In this document: positions 9,472-20,548 of the stretch, in pieces
Layout of the letters: each line of letters opens with the position of its first letter
Numbering within the stretch: position 1 is the stretch's first letter
Source of the DNA: Nannocystis bainbridge
GTDB lineage: Bacteria > Myxococcota_A > Polyangia > Nannocystales > Nannocystaceae
Assembly (NCBI RefSeq): GCF_028368995.1
Contig: NZ_JAQNDL010000001.1
Span: forward strand, 2,304,001-2,368,000
Length of the DNA: 64,000 bases
Direction: 5' to 3'
The notes under the pieces: model-generated
Databases searched by the model: none
What the model was told of the DNA's origin: nothing
The model's input: only the letters and a program-made list of their open reading frames with translations
Translations under genes and position numbers: made by a program

Positions 9472-10644
9472 ATGATCCGCAGCCTCCCCCTCCTCTCGCT
9501 CCTCGCAGTCGCTGCCCTCGCGCCCGCATGTGACAGCGACGGCCCCCCGCCCTGCCCGACCACCGCGGGCACCATCTGCACCTGGGCCGGCGACGGCGAG
9601 GCCGGCTTCAACGGCGACGACGAGCCGCTGGCCCAGGCCCGCCTCTATTGGCCGATCGATGTCACGATCACCAGGGGCGGCGAGTTCTACATCCTCGACT
9701 GGAACAACCATCAGGTCCGCCTCTTGACCGAGGAGGGCACCCTGAAGACGGTGATCGGCACCGACTTCGTCGGCGACGGTCCGTTCGACCTGTCCGACCT
9801 GATGGCGCCCGGGGCCGATGGCACCGAGATCAACCTCAACCATCCGACCCAGATGCTCGAGGAGGCCAGCGGCACGCTGCTGCTGATCTCGTGGCACAAC
9901 CACAAGATCCGCCGCTACGATCCCAAGACCGGCAAGGTGATCGTGATCTGCGGGCGCGGGGCCGGCTACGCGGGCGACGGCGGGCGGGTCGACGACCCGA
10001 TGGCGCGGCTCAACCAGCCCTCGGGCGGCGCGCTCGACGACGACGGCAACCTCTATCTGCTCGACCAGCGCAACCAGCGGATCCGCCTGCTCTCGGCCGA
10101 CGGGGCGATGCTCAGCACCGTCGCCGGCTCGGGCGAGATGGGCTACGGCGGCGACGGCGGCGGGCCGATGGCGGCCAAGTTCCACTTCCCGCCCGGCAGC
10201 AACCCGCCGCCCGCTGGCACTCTGGCGCGCGACGCCGAGGGTCGGCTCTACATCGCCGACACCTTGAACCACGCGATCCGCCGCATCGACTTCGCGGCCG
10301 ACACCATCGAGACGGTGGCCGGCACCGGCGAGGCCGGCTACGGCGGCGACGACGGCCCCGGCACCGCGGCCAAGCTCAACAACCCGCGCGACATCGAGAT
10401 CGGCCCCGACGGCCGGCTCTACATCGCCGACGAGCTCAACCACCGCGTCCGCGCCCTCGACCTCGAGTCGGGCGTCATCACCACCGTCGCCGGCAACGGC
10501 CGCGCCGAGTTCAGCGGCGACCGCGGCCCGGCCGTCGACGCTGGCCTCAATCGCCCGACCGGCGTCGCCTTCGACGCCGAAGGCACCCTCTACGTCAGCG
10601 ACAGCCACAACCACCGCGTCCGCACCGTGGTCCTCGGCAAGTAA
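9472..10644 (+). CDS. NHL-repeat beta-propeller lipoprotein
   Basis: Lipobox-like APAC; repeated GYGGDGG..A.LN.P..LYIAD..NHR. Confidence 0.88.
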   Translation: MIRSLPLLSLLAVAALAPACDSDGPPPCPTTAGTICTWAGDGEAGFNGDDEPLAQARLYWPIDVTITRGGEFYILDWNNHQVRLLTEEGTLKTVIGTDFVGDGPFDLSDLMAPGADGTEINLNHPTQMLEEASGTLLLISWHNHKIRRYDPKTGKVIVICGRGAGYAGDGGRVDDPMARLNQPSGGALDDDGNLYLLDQRNQRIRLLSADGAMLSTVAGSGEMGYGGDGGGPMAAKFHFPPGSNPPPAGTLARDAEGRLYIADTLNHAIRRIDFAADTIETVAGTGEAGYGGDDGPGTAAKLNNPRDIEIGPDGRLYIADELNHRVRALDLESGVITTVAGNGRAEFSGDRGPAVDAGLNRPTGVAFDAEGTLYVSDSHNHRVRTVVLGK

Positions 10645-10666
10645 CTTAGAACAGGAACTTAAAGCC

Positions 10667-11800
10667 ATGTCCATCAAGACCACCGCCACCCTGCTCTCGC
10701 TCGCGACCCTGTCCCTGGCGGCCAGCTTCGCCTGCGACCGCGACGAGCGCTGCCAGCCCGGCCCCGGCAAGATCTGCACCTACCTCGGCTCCGGCGAGGC
10801 CGGCCTCGGCGACGACGGCCTCGATCGCGAGGACACCCACCTCTATCTCCCGCAGGACCTCACCTTCGCCGGCGACGGCCTGGCCTACGTGCTCGACTGG
10901 AACAACCACCGCATCATCACGGTCGAGCCCGACGACACCGTGAAGCAGGTGGTCGGCACCGGCGAGCTCGGCGACGCGCCCGACGGTGACGCGCTGAGGA
11001 CCAACCTCAATCACCCGACCCACCTGAGCAACTCGCCCGACGGCAAGCTCATCATCTCTGCCTGGCACAACTCGAAGATCATCGAGTTCGACCCCAAGGC
11101 CGGCACCCTGACGACGATCTGCGGCAACGGCATGCGCAGCTACGGCGGCGACGGCGGCCCGGCCAAGGACGCGATCCTCGACCTGCCGGTGGCCACCGCG
11201 TTCGACGCCGCGGGCAACATGTACATCACCGATCAGGCCAACCAGCGGATCCGCAAGGTCGGCGTCGACAAGGTCATCGACACCTTCGTCGGCACCGGCA
11301 TGGCCGGCTTCAGCGGTGACGAGGGCCCGGCCGCGGCGGCCCAGATCAAGCTGCCCGGCGGGCAGTCGGCGCCGCCGGCCGGGCGCCTGGCGATCGACGG
11401 CGCGGGCACCATCTTCCTCGCCGACTCGGGCAACAACCGGATCCGCAAGATCGACCCGAGCGGCGTCATCACCACCTACGCCGGCAACGGCGATCCGACC
11501 TTCGGCGGCGACGGTGGCCCGGCGCTGAAGGCCTCGCTGTCGCGCCCCAGCGACATCGACCTCGACCCGGCCGGCAACCTCTACATCGCCGACACCGACA
11601 ACTCCTGCGTGCGCAAGGTCGACACCAAGGGCGTCATCACCACCGTCGCCGGCCAGTGCGGCAACCCGGGCTACGGCGGCGACGGCGGCCGGGCGGCCGC
11701 GGCCCTGCTCGACCGCCCCTACGGCATCGAGCTCGAGGACAACCTCCTCTACATCGCCGACACCCACAATCACCGGATCCGCGTCGTCGGCCTCGAGTGA
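10667..11800 (+). CDS. NHL-repeat beta-propeller lipoprotein (paralogue of the upstream gene)
   Basis: Lipobox SFAC; same NHL repeats; shares LDWNNH and WHN.KI motifs with 9472-10644. Confidence 0.88.
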   Translation: MSIKTTATLLSLATLSLAASFACDRDERCQPGPGKICTYLGSGEAGLGDDGLDREDTHLYLPQDLTFAGDGLAYVLDWNNHRIITVEPDDTVKQVVGTGELGDAPDGDALRTNLNHPTHLSNSPDGKLIISAWHNSKIIEFDPKAGTLTTICGNGMRSYGGDGGPAKDAILDLPVATAFDAAGNMYITDQANQRIRKVGVDKVIDTFVGTGMAGFSGDEGPAAAAQIKLPGGQSAPPAGRLAIDGAGTIFLADSGNNRIRKIDPSGVITTYAGNGDPTFGGDGGPALKASLSRPSDIDLDPAGNLYIADTDNSCVRKVDTKGVITTVAGQCGNPGYGGDGGRAAAALLDRPYGIELEDNLLYIADTHNHRIRVVGLE

Positions 11801-12924
11801 TGCCTGTCCTTCGGGACATCCTCACCTTCGGGCTCGCGTTGCTGGTCCCGGGCCTGGCCTGGGCCGGCAACGTCGGCTTGCCGCGCACGCCGGTCCAGCA
11901 CCGGGGCGAGGCCTGCCTGACCCGGGTCGACCGCAGCGTCGACCCGGTCGTCCACCTCGAGTACACCGTCCCCTCGGTCGACATCTGCCTCACCCCGGAC
12001 GAGCCGACCGACAGCCGCACCCACCAGTTCGTCGCCTTTTGCCGCGACGCCCCGCCGGAGTCGATCCCGCACTGGCTGAGCCTCGCCGACGTGCAGGCCA
12101 ACATCGACTCCGGGTACTTCGACCCCGCCGAATTGAAGCCGGGGCAGGTCGTCGAGGACACCCCGTACTTCGCCGATTGCTGGTTCCCGATCACCGGCGC
12201 CGAGGAGCGGCGACCGATCACCTGCGCCGCCGCGCGACCGGGCGTCGACTGGGACACCTCCGCGCTCGCGCCCGGCGCCTACGTCGTCGCCGGCTACACC
12301 TACGAGCCAACGCTCAACGACTGGACGCCGCGCCGCGGGGTGTTTCGCGTCCACGACGGCGACCTCGACATCGCGCCGCCGGCCGCGGCGATCTTCACCA
12401 CCGCGGTCGACGTCTGGTACGGCGATCCCGTGCGGCTGACCGCGTGTGTCGACGCGATGGCCGGCTCGACGTGGAAGCTCGAGTACGCCGAGATGCCCGA
12501 CGAACCGCGGCTCGAGCTCGACTGGCAGCCGCTGGTCCCGGTGGGGCCGGTCGAGTCGACCGAGTTCGAGGTCGAGTTCGTGCTGGACGACGTGCACGCG
12601 GACGTGCGCCTGCACGTGCGGCTGGTGGTCGAGGACCCGGAGGGGCGCACGACCATCGCCCACATGCCGACGCCGGGCACAGTGCTGATGCGCAAGCAGA
12701 CCGGAGTGACCGGCAGCGGCGGCGACGAGCCGAACGACTTCGATTTCTGCCGCGACAACCCGGCCGCAGACGACCTGCCGGACTGCGGCAAGGGCAGCGG
12801 CGACGAGTCGTCCACCCCGCCCGACGCGCCGGGCGACGGCTGCGCCTGCGATGCCTCGAGCCCGGGCGGCTCGGCGCTGGCGCTGCTCGTGCTGCTCGCG
12901 TGCGGCCGTCGGCGCCGCCGCTGA
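11800..12924 (+). CDS. secreted protein with MYXO-CTERM-like sorting signal
   Basis: ATG overlaps the upstream TGA; signal peptide; C-terminal GCAC...LALLVLLACGRRRRR. Confidence 0.7.
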   Translation: MPVLRDILTFGLALLVPGLAWAGNVGLPRTPVQHRGEACLTRVDRSVDPVVHLEYTVPSVDICLTPDEPTDSRTHQFVAFCRDAPPESIPHWLSLADVQANIDSGYFDPAELKPGQVVEDTPYFADCWFPITGAEERRPITCAAARPGVDWDTSALAPGAYVVAGYTYEPTLNDWTPRRGVFRVHDGDLDIAPPAAAIFTTAVDVWYGDPVRLTACVDAMAGSTWKLEYAEMPDEPRLELDWQPLVPVGPVESTEFEVEFVLDDVHADVRLHVRLVVEDPEGRTTIAHMPTPGTVLMRKQTGVTGSGGDEPNDFDFCRDNPAADDLPDCGKGSGDESSTPPDAPGDGCACDASSPGGSALALLVLLACGRRRRR

Positions 12925-12969
12925 AGTCGCTCCCGTCTCCGCGACACGTGGGCCCGAGTTCGTCCCGAG

Positions 12970-13047
12970 GACATGCCTATCAAGACATGTCCTCATCGAC
13001 ATGTCTTCATTAACATGGCCTTATCGACATGTCCTTATCGACATGTC
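12970..13047. repeat. six-unit 14-bp-period GACATGTC array
   Basis: Cores at 12970, 12984, 12998, 13012, 13026, 13040, between convergent genes. Confidence 0.9.
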
Positions 13048-13092
13048 CTTGGATCACGATCGCAGCTCGAGCAGCCCGACCCTCGTCACTGC

Positions 13093-13551
13093 TCAGCCGC
13101 CGAGCCCGCGCAGCGCGTCGTGAAGCCGCTCGAGCAGCAGCCCGAACGTGAACCACACCGGCGCATAGTCGAGCCGCACCAGCCCGTGGACGTGCCAGCG
13201 CGCGTAGCTGTAGTCCCACGGGCATCGGCCCGAAGCCGCGCGCAGCAGCCGGCCGAACGCGTACTCGACCGCGAAGATCGCCGTCGTCCACAGCGCCCCG
13301 CGGATCGGCCACCACCAGTCGCGGATCAGCTCGTGACACGGCTCGAAGGCCAGGCCGCCGAGCCCATACAGCGGGAACATCCACAGGTACGTATGCCCGG
13401 CCAGCTTCCACCGCTCAGGCCGCGTCATCGCCACGCGCACGCGTGGGTCGAGCGGGTCCTTGCGTGTACCGGTGACCAGCTCGTACGCGGCCGTCCACAC
13501 GATCTCCGCCGCCCAGCCGATCACCCCGTAGATCAGGAATCGCAGCAGCAC
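13093..13551 (-). CDS. putative ABC-transporter permease-like membrane protein (DUF1113/TMEM229-like)
   Basis: FLIYGVIGW..E, WMFPLYG, CPWDYS motifs. Confidence 0.7.
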   Translation of the reverse strand: MLLRFLIYGVIGWAAEIVWTAAYELVTGTRKDPLDPRVRVAMTRPERWKLAGHTYLWMFPLYGLGGLAFEPCHELIRDWWWPIRGALWTTAIFAVEYAFGRLLRAASGRCPWDYSYARWHVHGLVRLDYAPVWFTFGLLLERLHDALRGLGG

Positions 13552-15273
13552 CTAGCGCGCCGCTCCCACGGCGATGATGACGATCAGCGAGCCGACATCC
13601 TTGCCCTTGGCGACCTTGGCGATCCCGACCCCGACCGCCCCCGCGACCGCCTCGGACCACAGCTTGACGCCGTCGAGCGAGGCGAAGCTCGGCGCCAGCA
13701 CGCGGTGCGTCTCCACGCGAGCGAACTTCTGCTGCTCGACCCGCGCGTCGTACTGCTTGTTCGCGCGGCCCTCGTCGCCAGCCGCGATCCCGTCGGCGAA
13801 CCCCTGCGCCGCCTCCGACAGCCCGCGGTGCCATCCGATCGCGGCCAGGCCCTTCTGCTTGCGCAGCGCGTCGACGCGGTCGCGCAGCGCCTTTGGCATG
13901 TCGGAGGTGGGCGCGTCGGCGCCGACCTTCGAGTAGTAGTTCTGCGTCAGCAAGATCGGTCGCGGCGCGTCCTTGGCCTCGGTCTCGGGCGGAGCGATGA
14001 CGACGCCGATACCGACGTGGGTCACGTCGGTGGCGAGGATGTTGACGCGATGCCCGGGGCTCTGCATCAGCCCCTGGTGGATCGCCCACGGCCCGTAGCC
14101 GCGGGCCAAGTTCTCGCGCACCACCGCCGACTTCACGCTCGCGCGCGCGAAGCGGTCCTCGACGTCGCCGGTGGTCGGCGACGTGTGACCGACGAATCCG
14201 CTGCGCAGCATGTCCTCGCTGTGCGCCTGGGCCAGCGCCGCCGCCTGGTTGTCCCACTGCAGCAGCGGCAGCCCCTGGCGCGCGCGCGTGTCGTTGAGCG
14301 CGGCGAAGTTGGCCCGCGCGACCTCGCCGGCGTCGACGCTGGCGTCCAACCGCTCGACCTCGACGCGCAGCGCCCCCGGCGGGTCCTCGCCGCAGTACAG
14401 CGGGAAGTTGGCCACGACCTCCGGCCCGTATGTCCCTTCGGCCAGGACCTCGACCTGGTAGGCCCCGCGCCCGCGCTCGCAGGAGAACTGGCCGACGAAC
14501 TCGCCGCGCGAGATCTTGGCCGGGATCGGCGTCCACCGGCCCTGCGGGTCGAACACCTCGAACGACGGGTTCTGCCGCTTGCCGAGCAGGCGCCCGCGGA
14601 TCTCCGCGCGCCCGCCCGCCGGCAGCGCCTTGGCCATCGGCTCGATCGCCGCCCCACGCTCCGTCAGCGCCACCACCAGGCGGATCGTCCCGTCGGGCAA
14701 CGCCGTCACCCCGACGCCGAAGTACACCCCGCCGCGCGTCAGCTGGCGCACCGACTCGCGCGCCGCCTTGGCCAGCATCGCGATCGCCTCGCGGCAGCTC
14801 GGCCCGACCTGATCGCCGCACGGCGCCCCGTCGCGCGGCAGCTCGGAGATGGCCAGCCGCGGCGGCGGATCGAACAACCCGACCCACGACGTGATGCCGG
14901 TGATCAGCGCCCCCGGCACGTTGGTGCGGTCGGGCGCCGTACGGGCCAGCTCGCGCGCCGCGCGTGAAAGCCCCGGATCATGGCGCAGGCCGGCGCCGTT
15001 CATCGCCTCGACCAGCGCCGCCTCGGCCGCGATCAGCGGCTGCTCGACCGGGGTGCCGTAGCGCGGCGCCGCGGCGGTCGACAGCCGCACGTCCTCGACC
15101 GAGATGCTGATCCCGCGCACCCGCGGGGCCGAGGTCGCGCCGTCGGGCAGCACGCCGCCGGCCCCACCGCCGCCACCACCGCCGCCGCCACCCGGCGCGC
15201 CGGCGCAACCTGTCTGCACGAACATGCTCGAAAGGACAAGTCCGAACGCACATGTCTTCAAGTTCAGCATCAT
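13552..15273 (-). CDS. CAP (SCP) domain lipoprotein
   Basis: LN.TR...GL..L.W, AHSEDM...FVGH, ENLA, LMQSPGHRVNIL..VGIG; lipobox-like QTGC. Confidence 0.85.
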   Translation of the reverse strand: MMLNLKTCAFGLVLSSMFVQTGCAGAPGGGGGGGGGGAGGVLPDGATSAPRVRGISISVEDVRLSTAAAPRYGTPVEQPLIAAEAALVEAMNGAGLRHDPGLSRAARELARTAPDRTNVPGALITGITSWVGLFDPPPRLAISELPRDGAPCGDQVGPSCREAIAMLAKAARESVRQLTRGGVYFGVGVTALPDGTIRLVVALTERGAAIEPMAKALPAGGRAEIRGRLLGKRQNPSFEVFDPQGRWTPIPAKISRGEFVGQFSCERGRGAYQVEVLAEGTYGPEVVANFPLYCGEDPPGALRVEVERLDASVDAGEVARANFAALNDTRARQGLPLLQWDNQAAALAQAHSEDMLRSGFVGHTSPTTGDVEDRFARASVKSAVVRENLARGYGPWAIHQGLMQSPGHRVNILATDVTHVGIGVVIAPPETEAKDAPRPILLTQNYYSKVGADAPTSDMPKALRDRVDALRKQKGLAAIGWHRGLSEAAQGFADGIAAGDEGRANKQYDARVEQQKFARVETHRVLAPSFASLDGVKLWSEAVAGAVGVGIAKVAKGKDVGSLIVIIAVGAAR

Positions 15274-15277
15274 CGTC

Positions 15278-16511
15278 TCACTCGAGCCGCAGCACCGCCG
15301 CGTTGTCCCAGGCGTGGAAGTCGGGGGCGCGGGTCGGGCTCAGCGACAGGCCGACGGCCCGCTTGCGCCCGACCCGCTCGAGGCGGAACGCGTTGACCCG
15401 CAGCTGCATTCCCGCGCGCGGCGGGCAGGCCAGCTCGGTCTCGGCGCACAGCTCGTCCCACGGGATCGCCACCTCGACGACGAAGCCGTGGTCGCGGTCG
15501 CGCGGCCCGTCGACCGTGCCGCTGGCCTGCACCGCCGTGCGCCAGCGCGAGTCCCAAGCCTCGTCGCCGGCGCGGTAGCGCGGGAAGCGAGCGTCGAACG
15601 TCACCCCGCGCGCCGACACCTGATACTCGAGGTAACGCCGGCCCTCGTTGGTGGCCGCGACGAACAGCTCGAACGCCTCCTGCTTGTAGAGCGGATCGTC
15701 CTGCTGCGTGTACTCGGTCCAGAGATCGTCGTCGGGCACGTCGGCGGCGGCGTAGAGAAACTCGTCGTCCCATGCGAACGCGACCCGCGTGCCGAGCCCC
15801 GGCGACAGCGACCCGAGCGGCGTCACCTGCCCCCTCGTCGTCGCAGTCGGGTCGGGCTCGCCGTCGAGCGACAGCGTCAGCGGCACGCCGGTCTGGCCGC
15901 TCCATGTCGGCTCGTCGAGCACGCCGTCGACCGTGATCGCGCTGGCGCGCACCGCCCTGACCTGCATCGGCCCGCCCACCACTCGCACCGCCCCGAGGAT
16001 CGCCACGCCATCGGCCCGCCGCGGCCCCGCGACCGCGAAGTCGCCGACGAGCTCGGCGACGATCACCGCATGGCTCGCATGCCACGGCGACGCCAGCGGC
16101 AGCTCGACCACCACGTCCTCGAGCGGCCCCGCGAGCTCGACGAAGCGATCGCGCGGATCGTCGACCTGTCCCTTCGGCACGCTCGTCTGCCCGCGCGCCT
16201 CCTGCAGCCCCGCGATCTGCGGCGCGCGCAGCCCGACCTTGAGCCGCGCGCCGGCGCCGATGCCCGTCGCAGTGAAGCGCACCGTGATCGTCTCACCCGC
16301 GCGTGGGTCGGCCGGCGAGAGCTGACGCGCGCCGATCGTGGCCCCGCCGGCGAACCGCACGTCGCCGTCGAACCGCTGCCCGCCCTGCGGGTCGACGAAC
16401 TCGGCCGCGCGCAGCACCGGTTCGACCGCAGGCTCGGCCCGCTCCGCCGGCCCGCGCGGGTCGCCGCCGCACGCCGACGCCGCGACGAGATGTCCCCAAA
16501 GACAGCTCATC
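15278..16511 (-). CDS. carbohydrate-binding family 9-like (CBM9) lipoprotein
   Basis: ITVDGVLDEPTW, WDDEFLY, EVAIPW..L, RVNAFR; start approximate. Confidence 0.75.
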
Positions 16512-16917
16512 GCGAGGCCGGCCCGGCGCATCCGCGCTGACGAGACCACAACCGAGTCCGCCTTGGCAAGGCGAGCGGCGCGAACGCCCCGCCGCAACGC
16601 GGAGTGATTTCGCACGTCGGGCACCGTGCGCCCCGCAGGCGACAAAATCTCGCCGAACGGCCCCGGACTCCGCCGTCGCGGCACTCGGCGCAACGCCCCG
16701 GCGCGCGCGTCGCATCCCGGCCGCTCCGTCCCCGACCTTTTTTAAATGGGGCTTGATTCACATGTCCCAAAGGACAGCATCGAGGCCCGGCCTCGCCCAC
16801 ATTTTTTCTCATCGCTGCGAAACATCTGTCCCCGAGGACAGCCACGCCCGCCGCCCCGTCTGTGTAGCGATGGCAACGCCTTATCACGAGCGACTCGCCC
16901 CGCGGGCTCGCTCCGCT

Positions 16918-17523
16918 TCAGCGCGTCGACAGCGAGAACTCGCGCGTGGCCGGGACGTAGCTGCCGGCCACGTCCTCGGCGAGGCGGTGCTTGGGGCTGA
17001 TGCCCGGCCACTCGCAGCGATCGGCGCGCCGCAGCGGGTACGCGTTCGCGTAGCCCAGCCAGCTCGCCACCGCCAGGCAGTCCATGTCCTCGGGGACATG
17101 TCCGCGGATCTCGACGCAGCGACCGCCGCGGAACTGCAGCTGCAACGTCGGCTCGCCCGCCGGCGTGGCCCAGCCGCCCGCGAAGCGCAGCGCACCGAGC
17201 TCTTGCTCGATCTGCTTCTGCGTGCGACCCAGCCACTGTCCCGGCGGGCGCAGCGAGCTCGCGGGTGCGCTCGGCCCCGCCGCGGCGCCTTCTGTCTGCG
17301 CGGCCCCGGCTTGGCCCGCGACCTCGTCCGAGCCAGCGGCCGGCGTCCCATCCTGCGGATCGAGCGTCGTCGCTTCCTCACTCACCCCGGGCATCTCGGC
17401 CGCGACCTGCTCCGGACCCTGCGCCGGGCCTGTCCGCGAGGACATGTCCCTAGCGCCAGCACAACTGGCGAGCCCGCCGACCACCAGCCACGCGAGCAAG
17501 CGAACCATGCCGACCTCGCTCAC
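16918..17523 (-). CDS. hypothetical lipoprotein
   Basis: Signal with LASC; overlaps the stop of the DUF5682 gene. Confidence 0.55.
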   Translation of the reverse strand: MSEVGMVRLLAWLVVGGLASCAGARDMSSRTGPAQGPEQVAAEMPGVSEEATTLDPQDGTPAAGSDEVAGQAGAAQTEGAAAGPSAPASSLRPPGQWLGRTQKQIEQELGALRFAGGWATPAGEPTLQLQFRGGRCVEIRGHVPEDMDCLAVASWLGYANAYPLRRADRCEWPGISPKHRLAEDVAGSYVPATREFSLSTR

Positions 17524-20500
17524 GCCAGCGCTTGCAAGCGCGCCGCCAGGGCCTGCAGCGCCTCGGGGTGAGCCGCCAGCAGCTGCGCCAGCGGTGTCTC
17601 GGCGACGCTCGCCGGCTCCGTCACCTCGCCTGCCGCTTCGCTCGCCTCACTCGCCGCTTCTGTCGCCTCGGTCGCCCCGGCCAGCGGCGCCCACGATCCT
17701 GCCACCCCGAGCAGCCCCGCCAGCGCGTCGAGCGTCGCCGGCTCGGCGCGCAGCAGCGTCGCCACGGCCAGCTCCGCGGGCGAGCGCTCGACCGCCGGCG
17801 CCCCGCTCGCCTTCGCGGCCGGCTTCGCCTCTCTCCTGGCCTTCGGGACAGGTGGAGCCGCCACCGGCGTGCTGCGGTCCCACGAAAATTCCCACGCCGG
17901 CAGCTTGTTCAGCTCGCGCGGGAACGCCAACCCCGCCTCCTTCACCAGCGTCTGCATCACCCCCGCCCCGAGCGGCCGCAGCGTCACCACCAGCTTCGGC
18001 AGCCACGGCACCAGCACCTCGTCGGGCAGGGCCGCGAACGCGCGGCTGAGGAACTCGACCGCGAGCCGGGAGATCCGCGGCGTGAACTCGAGCGCCAGCA
18101 GGAAGCCCGCCATGTACTCCGGGAACGCCGGCAGCAGCATCGGGCTGTGAAGCAGGTGCGAGAAGTCGGCGCGGATCTCGTCCTCGCTGCGCTGGCCGAG
18201 GATCCACTGCGCCGCCCAGCGCAGCGCGATCTTCGGCGGGTCCTCCGGCTCGGCCTGCGCCACCGCGATCAGCAGCTGGCTGCGCTCGCAGCCCATCGAG
18301 AACGCCAGCGCCTCCTGCGTGAAGATGAACGCCAGCATCGCCGCCAGCTGGCGCGGCGCCGTGCCGCGATCGACGAACGCCGCCGGCAGCAGCGTCGCGT
18401 AGTGGCGGTAGCCGGTGGACACGAAGTCCTTGATCCAATCCGGCATCCCCAGCGTGCGGTAGTAGTGCACCAGCCCGCGCACGCGCTGGAAGATCTCCGG
18501 CGCGTCGTTGCCCCCGAGCTCCGCCCGCAGCAGGTCCGTCGCGCGCAGCCCCAGCTCGCGCGTCAGACGCCCGCTGCGCAGGTACAGCACGCTGTCCTCG
18601 GTCGCCTCGAGCGCCTTCGCGGCCCGCGACGTCGACTCGAACGCCTTGGCCTTGAGCCGCTTCTCGAGCACCTGCTCGATCGTCAGCCCCTCGTAACCGA
18701 GCTGGATCAGCGAGCCCTGGTGCTTGCCGATCTCGATGTCCCACGACTCCTGCTTCGGCTTGTGACCGAGCGTGCGCTCGCCCATGATCGGCCGCACGCC
18801 CGCGCCCAGGTAGCGCAGCCGCCACAGCAGGTCCGACGCCGGCAACAATTCCGGTCGGCCCTGGATGTCGAGCAGCGCGCGTTCGATGCGGCTCGACTTG
18901 AGGTTGACGCCGAGCACCGCCAGCCGGTCGTAGACGTCCTGCGCCAGCGGCGGCAGCGACTCGTAGCCGACCCGACCCAGGCGGTCGCCGCCGAGCAAGA
19001 TCTGGCACAGCCGACGCACGTCGCGGCGACCGGGCACGCGATCCTTCTCGAGGCACGTCACCGCCGCGTCCTGGAAGTCGTACGGCGACGGGTGCGGCCG
19101 GTCGCGCAGCCGCGCCAGCAGCGTCGCCGTGTGCAGGATGGCGATCGTGTCGGCCGTCGACGCCACGTAGCCGTGCTTGCGCGCCAGGCGGACGATCTCG
19201 ATGCACCAGCGCATCAACTGCTCGTCGTCGGCGGTGACGAAGGTCGGCGGCCGGGTCAAGAACTCGCGCAGACCCGCGCCGCTCACCGCCGCCGGCACCA
19301 CCTCGACCGGCGCACTCGCAGCGCTCGGAGCCGCCGCCTTCTTGCGCACCGCCGGCTTGCCCTCGGCCTCGGCCTTCTTCTCGGCCTCGATCTTGAACGG
19401 CTTCAGCTCGAGCGCCTGCAGCCCCTTGTCCCACATCGACTGCGCGATCGAGATCTCGCCGGCCGGCAGCGTGAACTGGCGCTCGATCGCCGCGTAGCTC
19501 GAGGGCACCACCCCGTAGAACCACTGCGTCGGCGTCTTCGCCGGCACCGTCCAGCCGGCGCCCCGCGAGCCGAACTCGGCGATCGGCGAGACCGCGTGGA
19601 TCGCCCCGCACACGTACATCGCCTCGCGCGGGTCGATCTTGTGCGCCTTCATGTGCTCGCGGATCCGCGTCCACATGTAGCGCTCGCGCTCGCAGTCGGC
19701 GACGCGGTCCTTCTCGGTGATCCCGATCCGCCGCAGCAGCGACCCGACCAGGAAGAACACCTGGCGGTACGTCCCGTAGTCGCACGCCAGCGTCGGTCCC
19801 TCGACGTACTGCGTCCACCACTCGCTGTAGTGGCGCACCTTGGCGTTGCGCAGCAGCACGTCGAGGAAATCGCCGAAGGTCGGCTGCATGTCGCCGATCT
19901 GCAGCCCGACGGCGCCGCCGTGCAGGTTGCCGGTGTTGCCCGTGGCCTCGCCTTCGCCCTCGCCGGAGCTCTCCGCCGGCTCCGGCGCCTCGCCGCCGTC
20001 GTCGGCCTCGTCGCTGTCCTCGCCCGGCGGCGGCCCGCCCTTCGGCATCCACTGGAACACGTGGTCGACCGAGCGGTCGACGAACACCAGCTTGGTGCCC
20101 GGGTTCTGCAGGCAGTACGCGATCGCCTGGTACTCGGCCGAGAACTCCGTCAGCGGCAGCACCACGTTGAGCGGCGTCCAGTCGGCCGGGAACGCCGGCG
20201 CCTCGGGAGCGAACGCCTGCAGCGCCACCGGGAAGCGGCAGTGATGAAGACCCGCGAGCGATCCGTTCAGGTCCTCGCAGCCCTCCATGTAGATCACCTT
20301 CGGCGCCCGCGCTCGCAGCCGCCGCAGCATGTGCAGCGCCGACGACGGCGAGTGATGCTTGACCGGGAACACCTCGACCGGCTCGGCCGTCGCGCGCTGG
20401 ACATCCTCGATCATCGCGCGCAGCAGCGCCCCGAGGTGGGCGGAGTCGCCGGCGAACGCCGTCGCCGCCGCTTCGAGCTGCGTGCGCAGGGCCTGCAGCG

Positions 20501-20537
20501 CCGGGTCGAGGAGGGCCGGGTCGAGGATCGAGTTCAC
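17520..20537 (-). CDS. DUF5682 / YehM-like protein
   Basis: FPVKHHSP, EYQAI, RERYM, VCGAIH motifs; in an operon with MoxR and VWA; GTG start inferred. Confidence 0.8.
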   Translation of the reverse strand: MNSILDPALLDPALQALRTQLEAAATAFAGDSAHLGALLRAMIEDVQRATAEPVEVFPVKHHSPSSALHMLRRLRARAPKVIYMEGCEDLNGSLAGLHHCRFPVALQAFAPEAPAFPADWTPLNVVLPLTEFSAEYQAIAYCLQNPGTKLVFVDRSVDHVFQWMPKGGPPPGEDSDEADDGGEAPEPAESSGEGEGEATGNTGNLHGGAVGLQIGDMQPTFGDFLDVLLRNAKVRHYSEWWTQYVEGPTLACDYGTYRQVFFLVGSLLRRIGITEKDRVADCERERYMWTRIREHMKAHKIDPREAMYVCGAIHAVSPIAEFGSRGAGWTVPAKTPTQWFYGVVPSSYAAIERQFTLPAGEISIAQSMWDKGLQALELKPFKIEAEKKAEAEGKPAVRKKAAAPSAASAPVEVVPAAVSGAGLREFLTRPPTFVTADDEQLMRWCIEIVRLARKHGYVASTADTIAILHTATLLARLRDRPHPSPYDFQDAAVTCLEKDRVPGRRDVRRLCQILLGGDRLGRVGYESLPPLAQDVYDRLAVLGVNLKSSRIERALLDIQGRPELLPASDLLWRLRYLGAGVRPIMGERTLGHKPKQESWDIEIGKHQGSLIQLGYEGLTIEQVLEKRLKAKAFESTSRAAKALEATEDSVLYLRSGRLTRELGLRATDLLRAELGGNDAPEIFQRVRGLVHYYRTLGMPDWIKDFVSTGYRHYATLLPAAFVDRGTAPRQLAAMLAFIFTQEALAFSMGCERSQLLIAVAQAEPEDPPKIALRWAAQWILGQRSEDEIRADFSHLLHSPMLLPAFPEYMAGFLLALEFTPRISRLAVEFLSRAFAALPDEVLVPWLPKLVVTLRPLGAGVMQTLVKEAGLAFPRELNKLPAWEFSWDRSTPVAAPPVPKARREAKPAAKASGAPAVERSPAELAVATLLRAEPATLDALAGLLGVAGSWAPLAGATEATEAASEASEAAGEVTEPASVAETPLAQLLAAHPEALQALAARLQALA

Positions 20538-20548
20538 AGCCGCACCGC

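Noticed and set aside
12970-13047. CRISPR or mini-CRISPR reading of the 14-bp arrays
   Set aside because: An 8-bp core with a 6-bp spacer is far too short. The similarity to the p53 half-site is presumably coincidental.
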